A stretch of DNA of 64,000 nucleotides from Eledone cirrhosa (lineage: Eukaryota). The position numbers and the translations under genes were made by a program. Within the stretch, counting starts at the first letter, position 1; each line of letters opens with the position of its first letter. The stretch spans positions 22,630,001 through 22,694,000 of the forward strand of contig OZ024757.1 of the NCBI GenBank assembly GCA_964016885.1, given 5' to 3'. Of the stretch, positions 11,510 to 25,045 are shown piece by piece. The notes beneath the pieces are model-generated. The model saw nothing but the letters and a program-made list of their open reading frames with translations. It made no database searches and had not been told where the DNA came from.

Positions 11510-14500
11510 TACACACACACCTGTGTACTCACAGAGGTAGACAGACAGACGCACACCTGTGTACTCACAGAGGTAGACAGACACACACACACACCTGTGT
11601 ACTCACAGAGGTAGACAGACAGACGCACACCTGCATACACACACAGGTAGACAGACACATACACACACCTGCATACTCACACAGGTAGACAGACACACAC
11701 ACACCTGCATACACACACAGGTAGACAGACACACACACACACCTGCGTACTCACACAGGTAGACAGACACACACACCTGCGTACTCACACAGGTAGACAG
11801 ACATACACACACACACCTGCATACACACAGAGGTAGACACACGAACACACACCTGCATACACACACAGGTAGACACACACACACACACCTACATACACAC
11901 AGAGGTAGACAGACACACCTGCATACACACACAGGTAGACACACACACACCTGTGTACTTACACAGGTAGACAGACACACACACACCTGTGTACTCACAC
12001 TGGTAGACACACACACACACACCTGCATACTCACACAGGTAGACACACACACACACCTGTGTACTCACACAGGTAGACAGACACACACACACCTGCATAC
12101 ACACACAGGTAGACACACACACACACACCTGCATACACACAGAGGTAGACAGACACACACACACCTGCATACACACACAGGTAGACAGACACACACACAC
12201 CTGCATACACACACAGGTAGACAGACACACACACACCTGCATACACACACAGGTAGACAGACACACACACACCTGCATACACACACAGGTAGACACACAC
12301 ACACACACCTGCATACACACACAGGTAGACAGACACACACACACCTGCATACACACACAGGTAGACAGACACACACACACCTGCATACACACACAGGTAG
12401 ACAGACACACACACACCTGCATACACACACAGGTAGACAGACACACACACCTGTGTACTCACACAGGTAGACAGACACACACACACCTGCATACACACAC
12501 AGGTAGACACACACACACACACCTGCATACACACACAGGTAGACAGACAGACACACACACCTGCATACTCACACAGGTAGACATACACACACACACCTGC
12601 GTACTCACACAGGTAGACAGACACACACACACCTGCATACACACACAAGTAGACAGACACACACACACACCTGCGTACTCACACAGGTAGACAGACACAC
12701 ACACCTGCATACACACACAGATAGACAGACACACACACACCTGCATACACACACAGGTAGACAGACACACACACACCTGCGTACTCACACAGGTAGACAG
12801 ATACACACACACCTGCATACTCACACAGATAGACAGACACACACACACACCTGCATACACACAAAGGTAGACACACACACACACCTGCATACACACACAG
12901 GTAGACAGACACACACACACCTGCATACACACAGAGGTAGACAGACACACACACACCTGCATAATCACACAGGTAGACACACACCCACACACCTACATAC
13001 ACACACAGGTAGACACACAAACACACACCTGCATACACACAGAGGTAGACAGACACACACACACACCTGCATACACACACAGGTAGACAGACACACACAC
13101 ACCTGCATACTCACACAGATAGACAGACACACACACACCTGCATACACACACAGGTAGACAGACACACACACACCTGCATACACACACAGGTAGACAGAC
13201 ACACACACACCTGCATACTCACACAGATAGACAGACACACACACACCTGCATACTCACACAGGTAGACACACACACACACACCTGCATACACACACAGGT
13301 AGACACACACACACACACACCTGCATACACACACAGGTAGACAGACACACACACACACCTGCATACACACAGAGGTAGACAGACGCACACACACCTGCAT
13401 ACTCACACAGGTAGACACACACACACACCTGCATACACACACAGGTAGATAGACACACACACCTGCGTACTCACACAGGTAGACAGACACACACACACCT
13501 GCATACACACACAGGTAGACAGACACACACACACCTGCGTACTCACACAGGTAGACAGACACACACACACCTGCATACACACACAGGTAGACTAGACAGA
13601 CACACACACACCTGCATACACACACAGGTAGACAGACACACACACACACCTGCATACTCACACAGGTAGACAGACACACACACCTGCGTACTCACACAGG
13701 TAGACACACACACACACACACCTGCATACACACAGAGGTAGACAAACACACACACACACCTGCATACTCACACAGGTAAACAGACACACACACACCTGCA
13801 TACACACACAGGTAGACACACACACACACACACCTGCGTACTCACACAGGTAAACAGACACACACACACCTGCGTACTCACAGGTAGACAGACACACACA
13901 CCTGCATACACACACAGGTAGACATACACACACACACCTGCGTACTCACACAGGTAGACAGACACACACACACCTGCATACTCACACAGGTAGACACACA
14001 CACACACACCTGCATACACACAGAGGTAGACAGACACACACACCTGCATACACACAGGGGTAGACACACACACACACACACCTGCATACACACAGAGGTA
14101 GACATACACACACACACCTGCATACACACAGAGGTAGACACACACACACCTGCATACTCACACAGGTAGACACACACACACACACCTGCATACACACAGA
14201 GGTAGACAGACACACACACACACCTGCATACTCACACAGGTAGACATACACACACACCTGCATACACACACAGGTAGACAGACACACACACACACCTGCA
14301 TACACAAAAACACCTGCCTCCTCACACAGATAGACACAACACACACACACCTGCGCACTGACACAGATAGACACATACACACACCTGCATACTCACACAC
14401 ACACAGATAGACACATACACACACCTGCGTATTCACACACACAGATACACCTGCATACTCACACACACACTGATAGACACATACACAGACCTGCGTATTC

Positions 14501-14640
14501 ACACACAGATACACCTGCATACTCACACATACACAGATAGACACATACACACACCTGCGTATTCACACAGACAGATAGACACATACACACACACACAGAT
14601 AGACACATACACACACCTGCATACACACACACAGACAGAT
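11510..14640. repeat. ~30-bp CA-rich minisatellite (CACCTGCATACACACACAGGTAGACAGA), about 100 units
   Basis: Directly visible; explains the VCVC ORFs. Confidence 0.96.
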
Positions 14641-15600
14641 TCACAAACACAGGTACTCATACATATGCACACAAAAACATGCACACTCATGCACATACAC
14701 AAACACATACATACACACACACATACAAACAAAGCACACACACACACACATATATACAAACACACACACTCGTGCACATCCATACACACATCCACAAACA
14801 CATGCATACATAAAAACACACAGGCATGCACAAACACAAACACACAAACATACTCATACAAAGACATGCAATCACATACACAAACATGGCTACATTCAAA
14901 CACACACACACACACATGCACACAAGCATAAACAAATGCACATAAAAACACACAAAGACGCACAGACATATGCGCACACAGAAAACACACCTAAACACAT
15001 GCATACACATACTTACACAAAGACACAAACACACACGCACATACTCACACAAAGACACATAAACACACACACACATAAACACACAAACACATAAGCACAC
15101 ATAAACACACAAACACACATAAACACACATAAAAACACAAACACACGTAAAAACACACTCACACACATAAACACAAACACACATAAACACATATAAACAC
15201 AAACACACATAAACACACATAAACATACATAAACACACGTAAACACATAAACACACATAAGCACACATAAGCACACATAAACACAAACACACATAAAAAC
15301 ACAAACACACGTAAAAACACACACACACCAACACACATAAACACATATAAACACAAAACACAAACACACATAAACACAAAACACAAACACACACAAACAC
15401 ACATAAACACACAAACACACATAAACACAAACACATATAAACACAAAACACAAACACACATAAACACACATAAACACAAAACACAAGCACACATAAACAC
15501 ACATAAACACACGTAAACACATAAACACACAAACACACATAAACACACAAACACACAACAAAACACACACACAAACACAAACAAACACACACACACACAA
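14641..15600. repeat. Degenerate (CA)n/AAAC simple repeat
   Basis: Directly visible. Confidence 0.9.
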
Positions 15601-15894
15601 AAGAAATTATGATTAGTATTTGTACACTGAGATGATCGTTTTAAAAATTGAAATTAATCAATGAATCAATTTTAAATTGATTTTGCTAATCAATTAGTTA
15701 AAACTACAACTTCTTTGCTGGAAGGCAGAGTATATTGTCAACTGAACCCTAACAATAGTACTGTAGTACAGTTGACAATATATCCTTATAATTATTTCTA
15801 CTTTTGGCACAAGGGGCCAGCAATTACCCCAGTGTATTACTGGTACTTTATTTTATTTTATTGAATCATATTGAATCAATGATATTTTGATATT

Positions 15895-16560
15895 AATAAT
15901 AATAAAATAATAATAATGAAATTATTGTGTAAAGTGCTCAGGTGCACTACAACTCGTCAAAGGTGTATGTATAGTACATAGAATAATACACAAATGTCAG
16001 GGAAGTACATGTGTGTATGTGTTAGCTGTAGTGTTGGCGGATCTCGGGAAGCATGGAGGCCTTAAAGGATGCAGTGTCTCAACAGCTAACAACTGATGCA
16101 GGTAGTTTGTTCCATGCTTCAGCAACTCTGAGCGTGAAAAAATGTTTCCGAAAGTCATGGGAACTGTGCTGTTTTCTTACTTTGTGGGCATGTCCACGTG
16201 TGTTAGACACATGGAAATCAAAAAGGTACTCAGGGTTGTTGTTGGCAACATGGTTAACAATTTTGTGGGTGTTTACCAAGTCAGTTGCCAGGCGTCGGAG
16301 CTTCAATGAATCCATGCCCAGGGAAGCAAGGCGCTCAGAGTATGGTAGATGCCTGATGGAGGGTATTCGCTTGGTTGCACGTCTCTGAACAGTTTCCAGG
16401 CGGTCAATGTCCTGAGCAAGATAGGGGTTCCAGACTGGTGATGCAAATTCTAAGTGTGGTCGCACCATAGATGTATACAGCCTTAAATAGATATCTGGAG
16501 AGCGGCTGACAAAGGTCTTGCTGAGTGATGCTAAGACACCCTAGGCCCTCTTGACAATTT
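15895..16560 (-). mobile_element. 5'-truncated CR1-clade LINE 3' end
   Basis: ORF 16079-16468: VRPHLEFASPVWNPY..LETVQRRATK..YSERL..TRGH..FFTLRVAEAWNKLP is the typical CR1 ORF2 C-terminus; 3' UTR and (ATT)n tail; second 3' end at 63749-63921. Confidence 0.92.
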
Positions 16561-16682
16561 TATTCATTTTGAGAACAATATGTTAACATCAGTATGAGTG
16601 GCCAGTTACTGCCGGTATGAACAGAAAGAGGTGAGAGAATTTTGGATAGATATAGCTGGTTTAAATGCTAAAGTGTTATATT
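16560..16682. mobile_element. Partial copy of the TTAA MITE family
   Basis: Matches 39385-39492 (AACATCAGT..CAGTTAC..AACAGAAAGAGGT..CTAAAG). Confidence 0.6.
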
Positions 16683-17215
16683 AACTGAACATTAACTGTA
16701 CACATTTTTTGGCCCTAGGTCAATCTGGATTGGGATAGACTATGATCAATAGTGTTCCATCTTCGATCACTTCATGTTTTTTCTCTTTTCCTTCTTCAGA
16801 CATTGTATCTAGGAATACATTACAGAATATGTGTGACTTATTTATCTAAAATCTAAAATAGTATGGTGTTATTTGAGGTGTATTTGACAGGTGTTTCTAG
16901 CAGATCAATCGACCATGTATTATAGAAGTATCCACTGAGGAGGTGAAGAAGTGATTGAAAACCATAGAAATGTGTGAAAATTCAGTGTTACAGAAGTGAG
17001 GGAGGGACTGAGGCGAATTGTTTACAAGTGTCAACAGAAATATGTATTGAGAAGCAAGGGAACTGTCTATTAAGGATGACAGCTGAGTCTCCTTATAAAA
17101 AGGGTCCATTAAAATATCATGGGATGAAGTTGAGCCCTATTCCAACCCCACCCTCCTCCCAACCATTTCAAACTAGAAAAGAGAAGACACATACATCATC
17201 ATCATCACTGTTTAA

Positions 17216-17701
17216 CATCTGATGTACTTCCTAGTCAGGGTTGAGCTGTATGTGTGTATCTATGTGTGTATGTGTGTTTGTGTGTGTGTATGTATATATA
17301 TATGTATATATGGGTGTTTATATATATATATAAATATATATATATGAATGTATCTATGTGTGTATGTGTATATATACACATCTGATGTACTTCCTAGTCA
17401 GGGTTGGTCTGTATGTATGTATGTATGTGTGTATGTGTATATATATATGTGTGTGTGTGTATATATATATATGTATATATGGGTGTTTATATATATATAT
17501 ATATATATATATGAATGTGTGTATGTGTGTATGTGTGTATATGTGTATGTATGTGTATATATACGTGTGTGCGCATGTGTGCGCGTGTGTATGCATATAT
17601 ATGTATACATGGTTGTGTGTGTGTATATATATATATATGAATGTGTGTATGTGTATATATATATGTGTGTGTGTGTATATATATATGTATATATGGGTGT
17701 T

Positions 17702-17734
<33 letters not shown>

Positions 17735-18670
17735 GAATGTGTGTATGTGTGTATATGTGTATGTATGTGTATATATATGTGTGTGCACGTGTGTATGCAT
17801 ATATATGTATACATGGTTGTGTGTGTGTATATATATATATATGAATGTGTGTATGTGTATATATATGTGTGTGTGTGTATGTATATATATGTATATAAGG
17901 GTGTTTATATATATATATATATATATATATATGAATGTGTGTATGTGTGTATATGTGTATGTATGTGTATATATATGTGTGTGCGCGTGTGTATGCATAT
18001 ATATGTATATATGGGTGTGTGTGTGTGTATATATATATATATATGAATGTGTGTATGTGTATATATATATGTGTGTGTGTGTATGCATATATATGTATAT
18101 ATGGGTGTGTATATATATGAATGTATGTATGTGTGTTTTTATATATGTGTATGTATGTGTATATATATGTGCGTGCGTGTGTGTATGCATATATATGTAT
18201 ATATGGGTGTGTATATATATATATGTGTGTGTGTTTTTATATGTGTGTACATGTGTATATATATATATATGTGCGTGTGTGTATGCATATATATGTATAT
18301 ATGGGTGTGTGTGTGTGTATATATATATATATATGAATGTGTGTATGTGTGTTTGTATATATGTGTATGTATGTGTATATATATGTGTGCATGTGTGTAT
18401 GCATATATATGTATATATGGGTGTGTGTATATATATATATATATATACATATGAATGTGTGTATAAGTGTTTGTATATATGTGTATGTATGTGTATATAT
18501 ATGTGTGTGCATGTGTGTATGCATATATATGAATGTGTGTATGTGTGTTTGTATATGTGTATGTATGTGTATATATATATATATATGTGTATGTGTGTTT
18601 GTATATGTGTATGTATGTGTATATATATATATGTGTGTGTGTGTGTGATTGCATATATATGTATATATCG

Positions 18671-18702
<32 letters not shown>

Positions 18703-18902
18703 GTCTGCCCAACTCTCTCTCTCTCTCTCTCTCACCCCTACTCTCTCTCTCTCTCACCCCTACTCTCTCTCTCTCCCCCTCTCTCTCTCTATATATATAT
18801 ATATATGAGTGTAATAAGTGTAGGCATAAAATGATGGTGATGATGATGATATGAGGGCAGACAGAAACAAGTGTGAAACTAAAGGGAGATAAAAAATAAA
18901 GG

Positions 18903-18933
<31 letters not shown>

Positions 18934-20570
18934 CGAGAGAGAGAGAGAGAGAGTAGGGGTGAGAGAGAGAGAGAGAGAGTAGGGCTGAGAGTGATAGAGA
19001 GGTGGGCAGACAATGAGAAAAAAGTGTAGAATTAAGTTTTTAGAGGCAACTAAAATAGAGGAATGGTTGTGACAGGTAAACTGTCAGACTGGTGACAGGG
19101 GTGGCTGGCGGGTGACAGGGGGTGGGTAGGGGGTGGGTGAGTAGGTGGGGGAAGAGATTTCCTTGAAAGGGGGCTGGGGGTTAAAAATAAAGATATTAAA
19201 ACCAAAACACACATTCACAGGCATACACATAGACACACATTCACAGACACACACATAGACACACACACACATTCACAGACATACACACACATTCACAGAC
19301 ATACACATAGACACACAGGGACATGTAGACACACAGACATAGACACACACATTCACAGACATACATAGACACACAGGTACATGTAGACACACACACACAG
19401 ACATACACACACATTCACAGACATACACAGACACACATGTAGACACACACACACAGATATACACACACATTCACAGACATACACATAGACACACAGGTAC
19501 ATGTAGACACACACATTCACAGACATACATAGACACACAGGTACATGTAGACACACACACACAGACATACACACACATTCACAGACATACACATAGACAC
19601 ACAGGTACATGTAGACACACCACACACAGACATACACACACATTCACAGACATACATAGACACACAGGTACATGTAGACACACACACACAGACATATACA
19701 CACATTCACAGACATACATAGACACACAGGTACATGTAGACACACACACACACAGACATACACACACATTCACAGACATACACATAGACACACAGGGACA
19801 TGTAGACACACAGACATAGACACACACATTCACAGACATACATAGACACACAGGTACATGTAACACACACACACAGACATATACACACATTCACAGACAT
19901 ACATAGACACACAGGTACATGTAGACACACACAGAGACATACACACACATTCACAGACATACACATAGACACACAGGTACATGTAGACACACACATTCAC
20001 AGACATACATAGACACACAGATACATGTAGACACACACACAGACATACAGACATAGACACACAGATACACACATACATATACACACATTCACAGACATAC
20101 ATAGACACAAAGGTACATGCTGACACACACACACACAGACATATGCAGACATACATAGACACACACAGACATATATAGACATACATAGACACACAGACAC
20201 AGACATACAGATACACACAGACACCTCCACACAGAGAACCCCCCCCCCCCCCACACACACAGATACCCCCCCCCCCCCTCCACACACACACACACTGACA
20301 TACAGACACACAGTGACCCCCCCACACACACACACATGCTGACATACAGACACACATAGACACTCCCCACAACTAACCCCCCCCCCCACTCACCCACAAA
20401 CACCCCCCTCCATACACACACACGCTGACAAACACAGACATACAGAGACACAGAGACACCGTCCACACACACATACAGAGCCCCCCACACACACACACAT
20501 ACATAGCCCCCCACCCCCCACACACACACATACACCCCCACACAACCCCCCTCCCCGCACACACTGACAA
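17216..20570. repeat. TA/TG compound minisatellite (17216-18700), CT/GA foldback (18704-19010) and CA-rich minisatellite (19205-20570)
   Basis: Directly visible. Confidence 0.9.
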
Positions 20571-20903
20571 GAGACAAATAAGACCTGAGTTAGACTAAAT
20601 AAAAGACAAGCAGACAATGGAAGTGAAACTCTCTGAAATGTTGAGAAGTTGAGACATATTTTGATCAGTGGAGAAGTTTTTACAACTTGAAAATATCTTA
20701 GATTTCGTTTACATATTTTTGAATAAAAACTTGTTCAATGAAAACTTTTGAATAAAAATGATCTAGATATGTGATAAATTAATATTTTGTTATTATTATT
20801 ATTTATTATTATTTATTATTATTTTTTTGTGGTGGGGGTGGGGGGGGGGAGTTCTGTTTTTGTTTATTTTTTATTAATTTTATTTAACTTTTTAAAGATT
20901 GTT

Positions 20904-20935
<32 letters not shown>

Positions 20936-21052
20936 TATCTTTTGAACTTGATCCTTATATGTGCATATTTCAATTTGAATAAATTATGAAGTGTGTGTGT
21001 ATATATATATATATAATATAAGATCAAAAGATGGTTAAAGGAGTTCCATATA

Positions 21053-21119
21053 TTTTATTATGCGCATTTCAAAAACAAACATCATCAAGCAATAATATTT
21101 GTGTTTTCATCAGATAAAA
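21053..21119 (-). ncRNA. Type I hammerhead motif; inverted copy with truncated stem I at 21182-21240 (+)
   Basis: Minus strand: TTTTAT-CTGATGA-AAACACAAATATT..TGTTTGTTTTT-GAAA-TGCGCA-TA-ATAAAA. Confidence 0.8.
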
Positions 21120-21824
21120 CAGGAGAACATGATATGAAGGCTAAAAAAACACTTGTTGAAAAAACACTTGTTGAAAAAAACATCTGATGAAAACACAAAT
21201 ATTATTGCTTGATGATGTTTGTTTTTGAAATGCGCATAATAAAATATATGGAACTCCTTTAACCATCTTTTGATCTTATATTATGCATACTCCAGTCCCA
21301 CAAACTGTAGAGTGCTTCTTATCCGATATCTGCATTGCTTTATTGTACTACAATAAAACTCACCTCCTACATATATATATATATATATATACATATATAC
21401 ATATCAGTTATAAAAATATTTGCTTGTTGTATCCCAACAAATTAAATGTAACTTCTACATACATATATATACATATATATACATATCATCATCATCATCA
21501 ACGTTTAACGTCCGTGTTCCACGCTTGCATGGGTTTGGACGGGTATATATATATACATATATATATACATATATATATACATCATCATCATCGTTTAACG
21601 TCCATGTTCCACGCTTGCATGGGTTTGGATGGCATATATATACATATATATATATATATATACATATATAAAAAAGAAATAGGATTTCGCTTCAAGCATA
21701 GCTTTATACAATTTGTATAAATATTTTGTATCTCCAAAGAAATACAGTTTTAAGAAGCCGTAACTATGCAAACACCGGGGGGCTAACGCCCACTGGTGAT
21801 GTCCAGCAGAAGCAAGGGGACAAG

Positions 21825-21864
21825 CGTCTATGCATTTCAGGCTTAACTGGCCTTCGTCAGGACG
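21825..21864 (-). ncRNA. Type I hammerhead motif (inverted partner of 22051-22094)
   Basis: Minus strand: CGTC-CTGACGA-AGGC cagttaa GCCT-GAAA-TGCA-TA-GACG. Confidence 0.85.
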
Positions 21865-22050
21865 GTCCCTCCCACCGCTTGCGACGGCTGGACTAGAAGA
21901 TATACATATTGTATAAATCTATGCTTGAAGCGAAATCCTATTTCTTTTTTATTATAAGTTGAGCCAACTTATGCAGCTTCATATGCAAATGAGATTAATC
22001 ACCTCATTTACACATATGAGAAAAGTATATATTCTCAGCTGGTGGGAGGG

Positions 22051-22094
22051 ACCGTCCTGACGAAGGCCAGTTAAGCCTGAAATGCATAGGCGGT
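22051..22094 (+). ncRNA. Minimal type I hammerhead motif
   Basis: ACCGTC-CTGACGA-AGGC cagttaa GCCT-GAAA-TGCA-TA-GGCGGT; stem I has one G-U pair. Confidence 0.88.
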
Positions 22095-22363
22095 TGTCCC
22101 CCTTGCTTCTGCTGGACATCACCAGAGGGCGTTAGATGCTAGTCCTTCATCAGAATTTAGAATAAGAAATCAAAGAAGAAATAGAAAGATAAAATGAATA
22201 TGAGAGAGAATATATACATCTGTGTGAATTATTGCATGGGCATGTAGACATATATACTATATATAAATACATATATATATATACGTGGCAGCGATAATGA
22301 GGGACAGAGACCGCTGGAGAGAACTCGTCCATGGATCTCGGGAATTTTACCCACCTTAGATAG

Positions 22364-22427
<64 letters not shown>

Positions 22428-23212
22428 TGTGTGTATATAATATAAATATATATATATATATATACTGTGTGTGTGTGACCACCAAAACCGGGGGTTACCT
22501 CCCTTTGGGAAAACCACGTGACCACCAGCAGTCTTACTGCTATAATTCATACCCGACTGCGACATTGAACGGAAACCTGTTGAGAAAGTGAACCCTCTGT
22601 TCGATCTTCCAACACCAATAACTTGCATACCCCGCAAGTTGATTTGTTGATGTCGGATTCACAGAAACCTACCGGAGATATTGCTTAATATCGACGGGAT
22701 GGCCCAGGTTTGTCAAATTATCCTGAGTTGGTTTTCTCATTGCTTTGGTCCTTGCGGCTGACTCACCAGTCGCAGTCTTCAATTAGTCAAACTGTCTAAA
22801 CGTAATGTTATTACTCTAAAGTGAAACTACCTTATTGAGTGCTTAGCTGTACATTCCGGATTGCATTCATTAGCTTAGCTGCAGCCAGAGCTTCGATTTT
22901 ACTGAACTTCCATTTGTACACACACACTATATATATATATATATATATACACACAGACTATATATATATATTATATAGAAGTAGTAGAAGTAGTAACATA
23001 ACAGTTAGTTCACCATACCGAGGACAATTGTTTCACCTTATGTGGTTCTTCAGTTCGGACTGGTGATGGTTATGCGGAACAGGAAGAACAACTGTATGAA
23101 CGCGCATGCGCAGAAATGGTCACTACACCCAAGCGATACAAAACCACGGACGAAAAGTTTAAGGGAGATAAATGCGAATGTCCAGAATAAAATAGTCGAG
23201 TTGAATAGAAAA

Positions 23213-23710
23213 TTAGAATGTTGTTGTTATTGAATCCGGAGCTTTGTAGTTATACAAGAGGTGTTTCCAGACATGTGGACAATGTGAGAAGATTTCCTTT
23301 CTTGAATTTAGGCAATCGCTATTGTGTAATCTCCTTAGAGTATTTATCCTTTCTTCAATACACAGTCCGCAAGACGGATTGCACTTTGCGTGTGGCTTGG
23401 ACTTAGTGATGGCTTTCCATTGAATGAAGTAGTCTATACCTGAGTCCTTGAGGGATGATACGTGGCTTGCAAGCTTCATGGATGGTCATTTGTCTGGGTA
23501 CCTAAAGGTCGACAGATGGTTCAGAAAGCATTCCTTAAATCAGCCCTCTGCCATGCGCACATAGGATTTGACCTCCTGTGGTTGATTTGGTCAGTTGGAA
23601 GCGACCACTACAGCGGGTGTGTTGTATTGCTGTTGAAGGGGACAAGATTCAGGCTTTCGGCAAGAGCATCCTGGTGGTGTGACACTCTTAGGACTGTTCA
23701 TGATGTGGGC
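23213..23710 (-). pseudogene. Penelope-like element (Neptune-type) GIY-YIG endonuclease C-terminal fragment
   Basis: Hand translation: [71 protein letters not shown]; CxCR..CPL linker and terminal LN.R.E...C.H motifs; in-frame stops. Confidence 0.85.
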
Positions 23711-23764
23711 CTATATATATATATATATATATATTACAATATATATATACATTTACATACATAT

Positions 23765-23796
<32 letters not shown>

Positions 23797-23961
23797 TATA
23801 ATATATATATATATATACACATATATATATATACATACATATATATATATACACACTCTGTGTGTATATAATATATATATACATATATATATATGTAGGA
23901 ATTTCGGACCGTTAATGTGTGATTCCCATGAGTATGTCGTTTATTTATAAAGCAAATTTTG

Positions 23962-24026
23962 TATTTTATCTGATGAAAGCGCACCAAGATTTGCTTGGTC
24001 GCCCTTGAAATATATATAATAAAATA
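23962..24026 (+). ncRNA. Type I hammerhead motif
   Basis: TATTTTAT-CTGATGA-AAGCGcACCAAG atttg CTTGGT CGCCCTT-GAAA-TATATA-TA-ATAAAATA; perfect 8-bp stem I. Confidence 0.85.
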
Positions 24027-24316
24027 AATATGGTTTTATAAATATAGTTTCCATTTATTATTATCTTGGTATATATATATATATATATAGTGTATAGTAT
24101 ATATATATATATATATAGTGTGTGTGTGTGTATATGTTTATATACACACACTATATGCACACACACGCACTATATATATATATATATATATATAGTATAT
24201 AGTATATATATATATATATATATAGTATATAGTATATATATATATATAGTGTGTGTGTGTGTATATGTTTATATACACACACTATATGCACACACACACT
24301 ATATTTATATATATTT

Positions 24317-24359
<43 letters not shown>

Positions 24360-24606
24360 TTATTGCAATACATGAAAAACTTACATATACAAAGTTATAT
24401 ATTAATTTAATTGGACAGATACAGCAGAAATTTTAAAGAACAATTTTAGAAGCAGGTTAAAGTTCAGTTTTCTGTCTGTAATGATAAAACTAGTAATTTA
24501 TCACGAATCTGAAAGGAAACAGTTTGTACAGATGACTTCTGACATCAGTGTATATTATGTGTGTTGGTGTATATATGTGAGTGTTGGTGTGTTTGTGTGT
24601 GCTGTT

Positions 24607-24709
<103 letters not shown>

Positions 24710-24723
24710 CACAGACACACATA

Positions 24724-24762
<39 letters not shown>

Positions 24763-24798
24763 TTATATACATATATATATATATATGTATATATATAG

Positions 24799-24849
<51 letters not shown>

Positions 24850-24909
24850 TACATATATATATATATATTTATATACATATATATATATTTATATACATAT
24901 ATATATATT

Positions 24910-24955
<46 letters not shown>

Positions 24956-24980
24956 CATATATATATAGATATACATATAG

Positions 24981-25010
<30 letters not shown>

Positions 25011-25045
<35 letters not shown>

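Noticed and set aside
22478-22915. GC-richer island between TA tracts
   Set aside because: Probably an element fragment, but no frame gave a recognisable protein.
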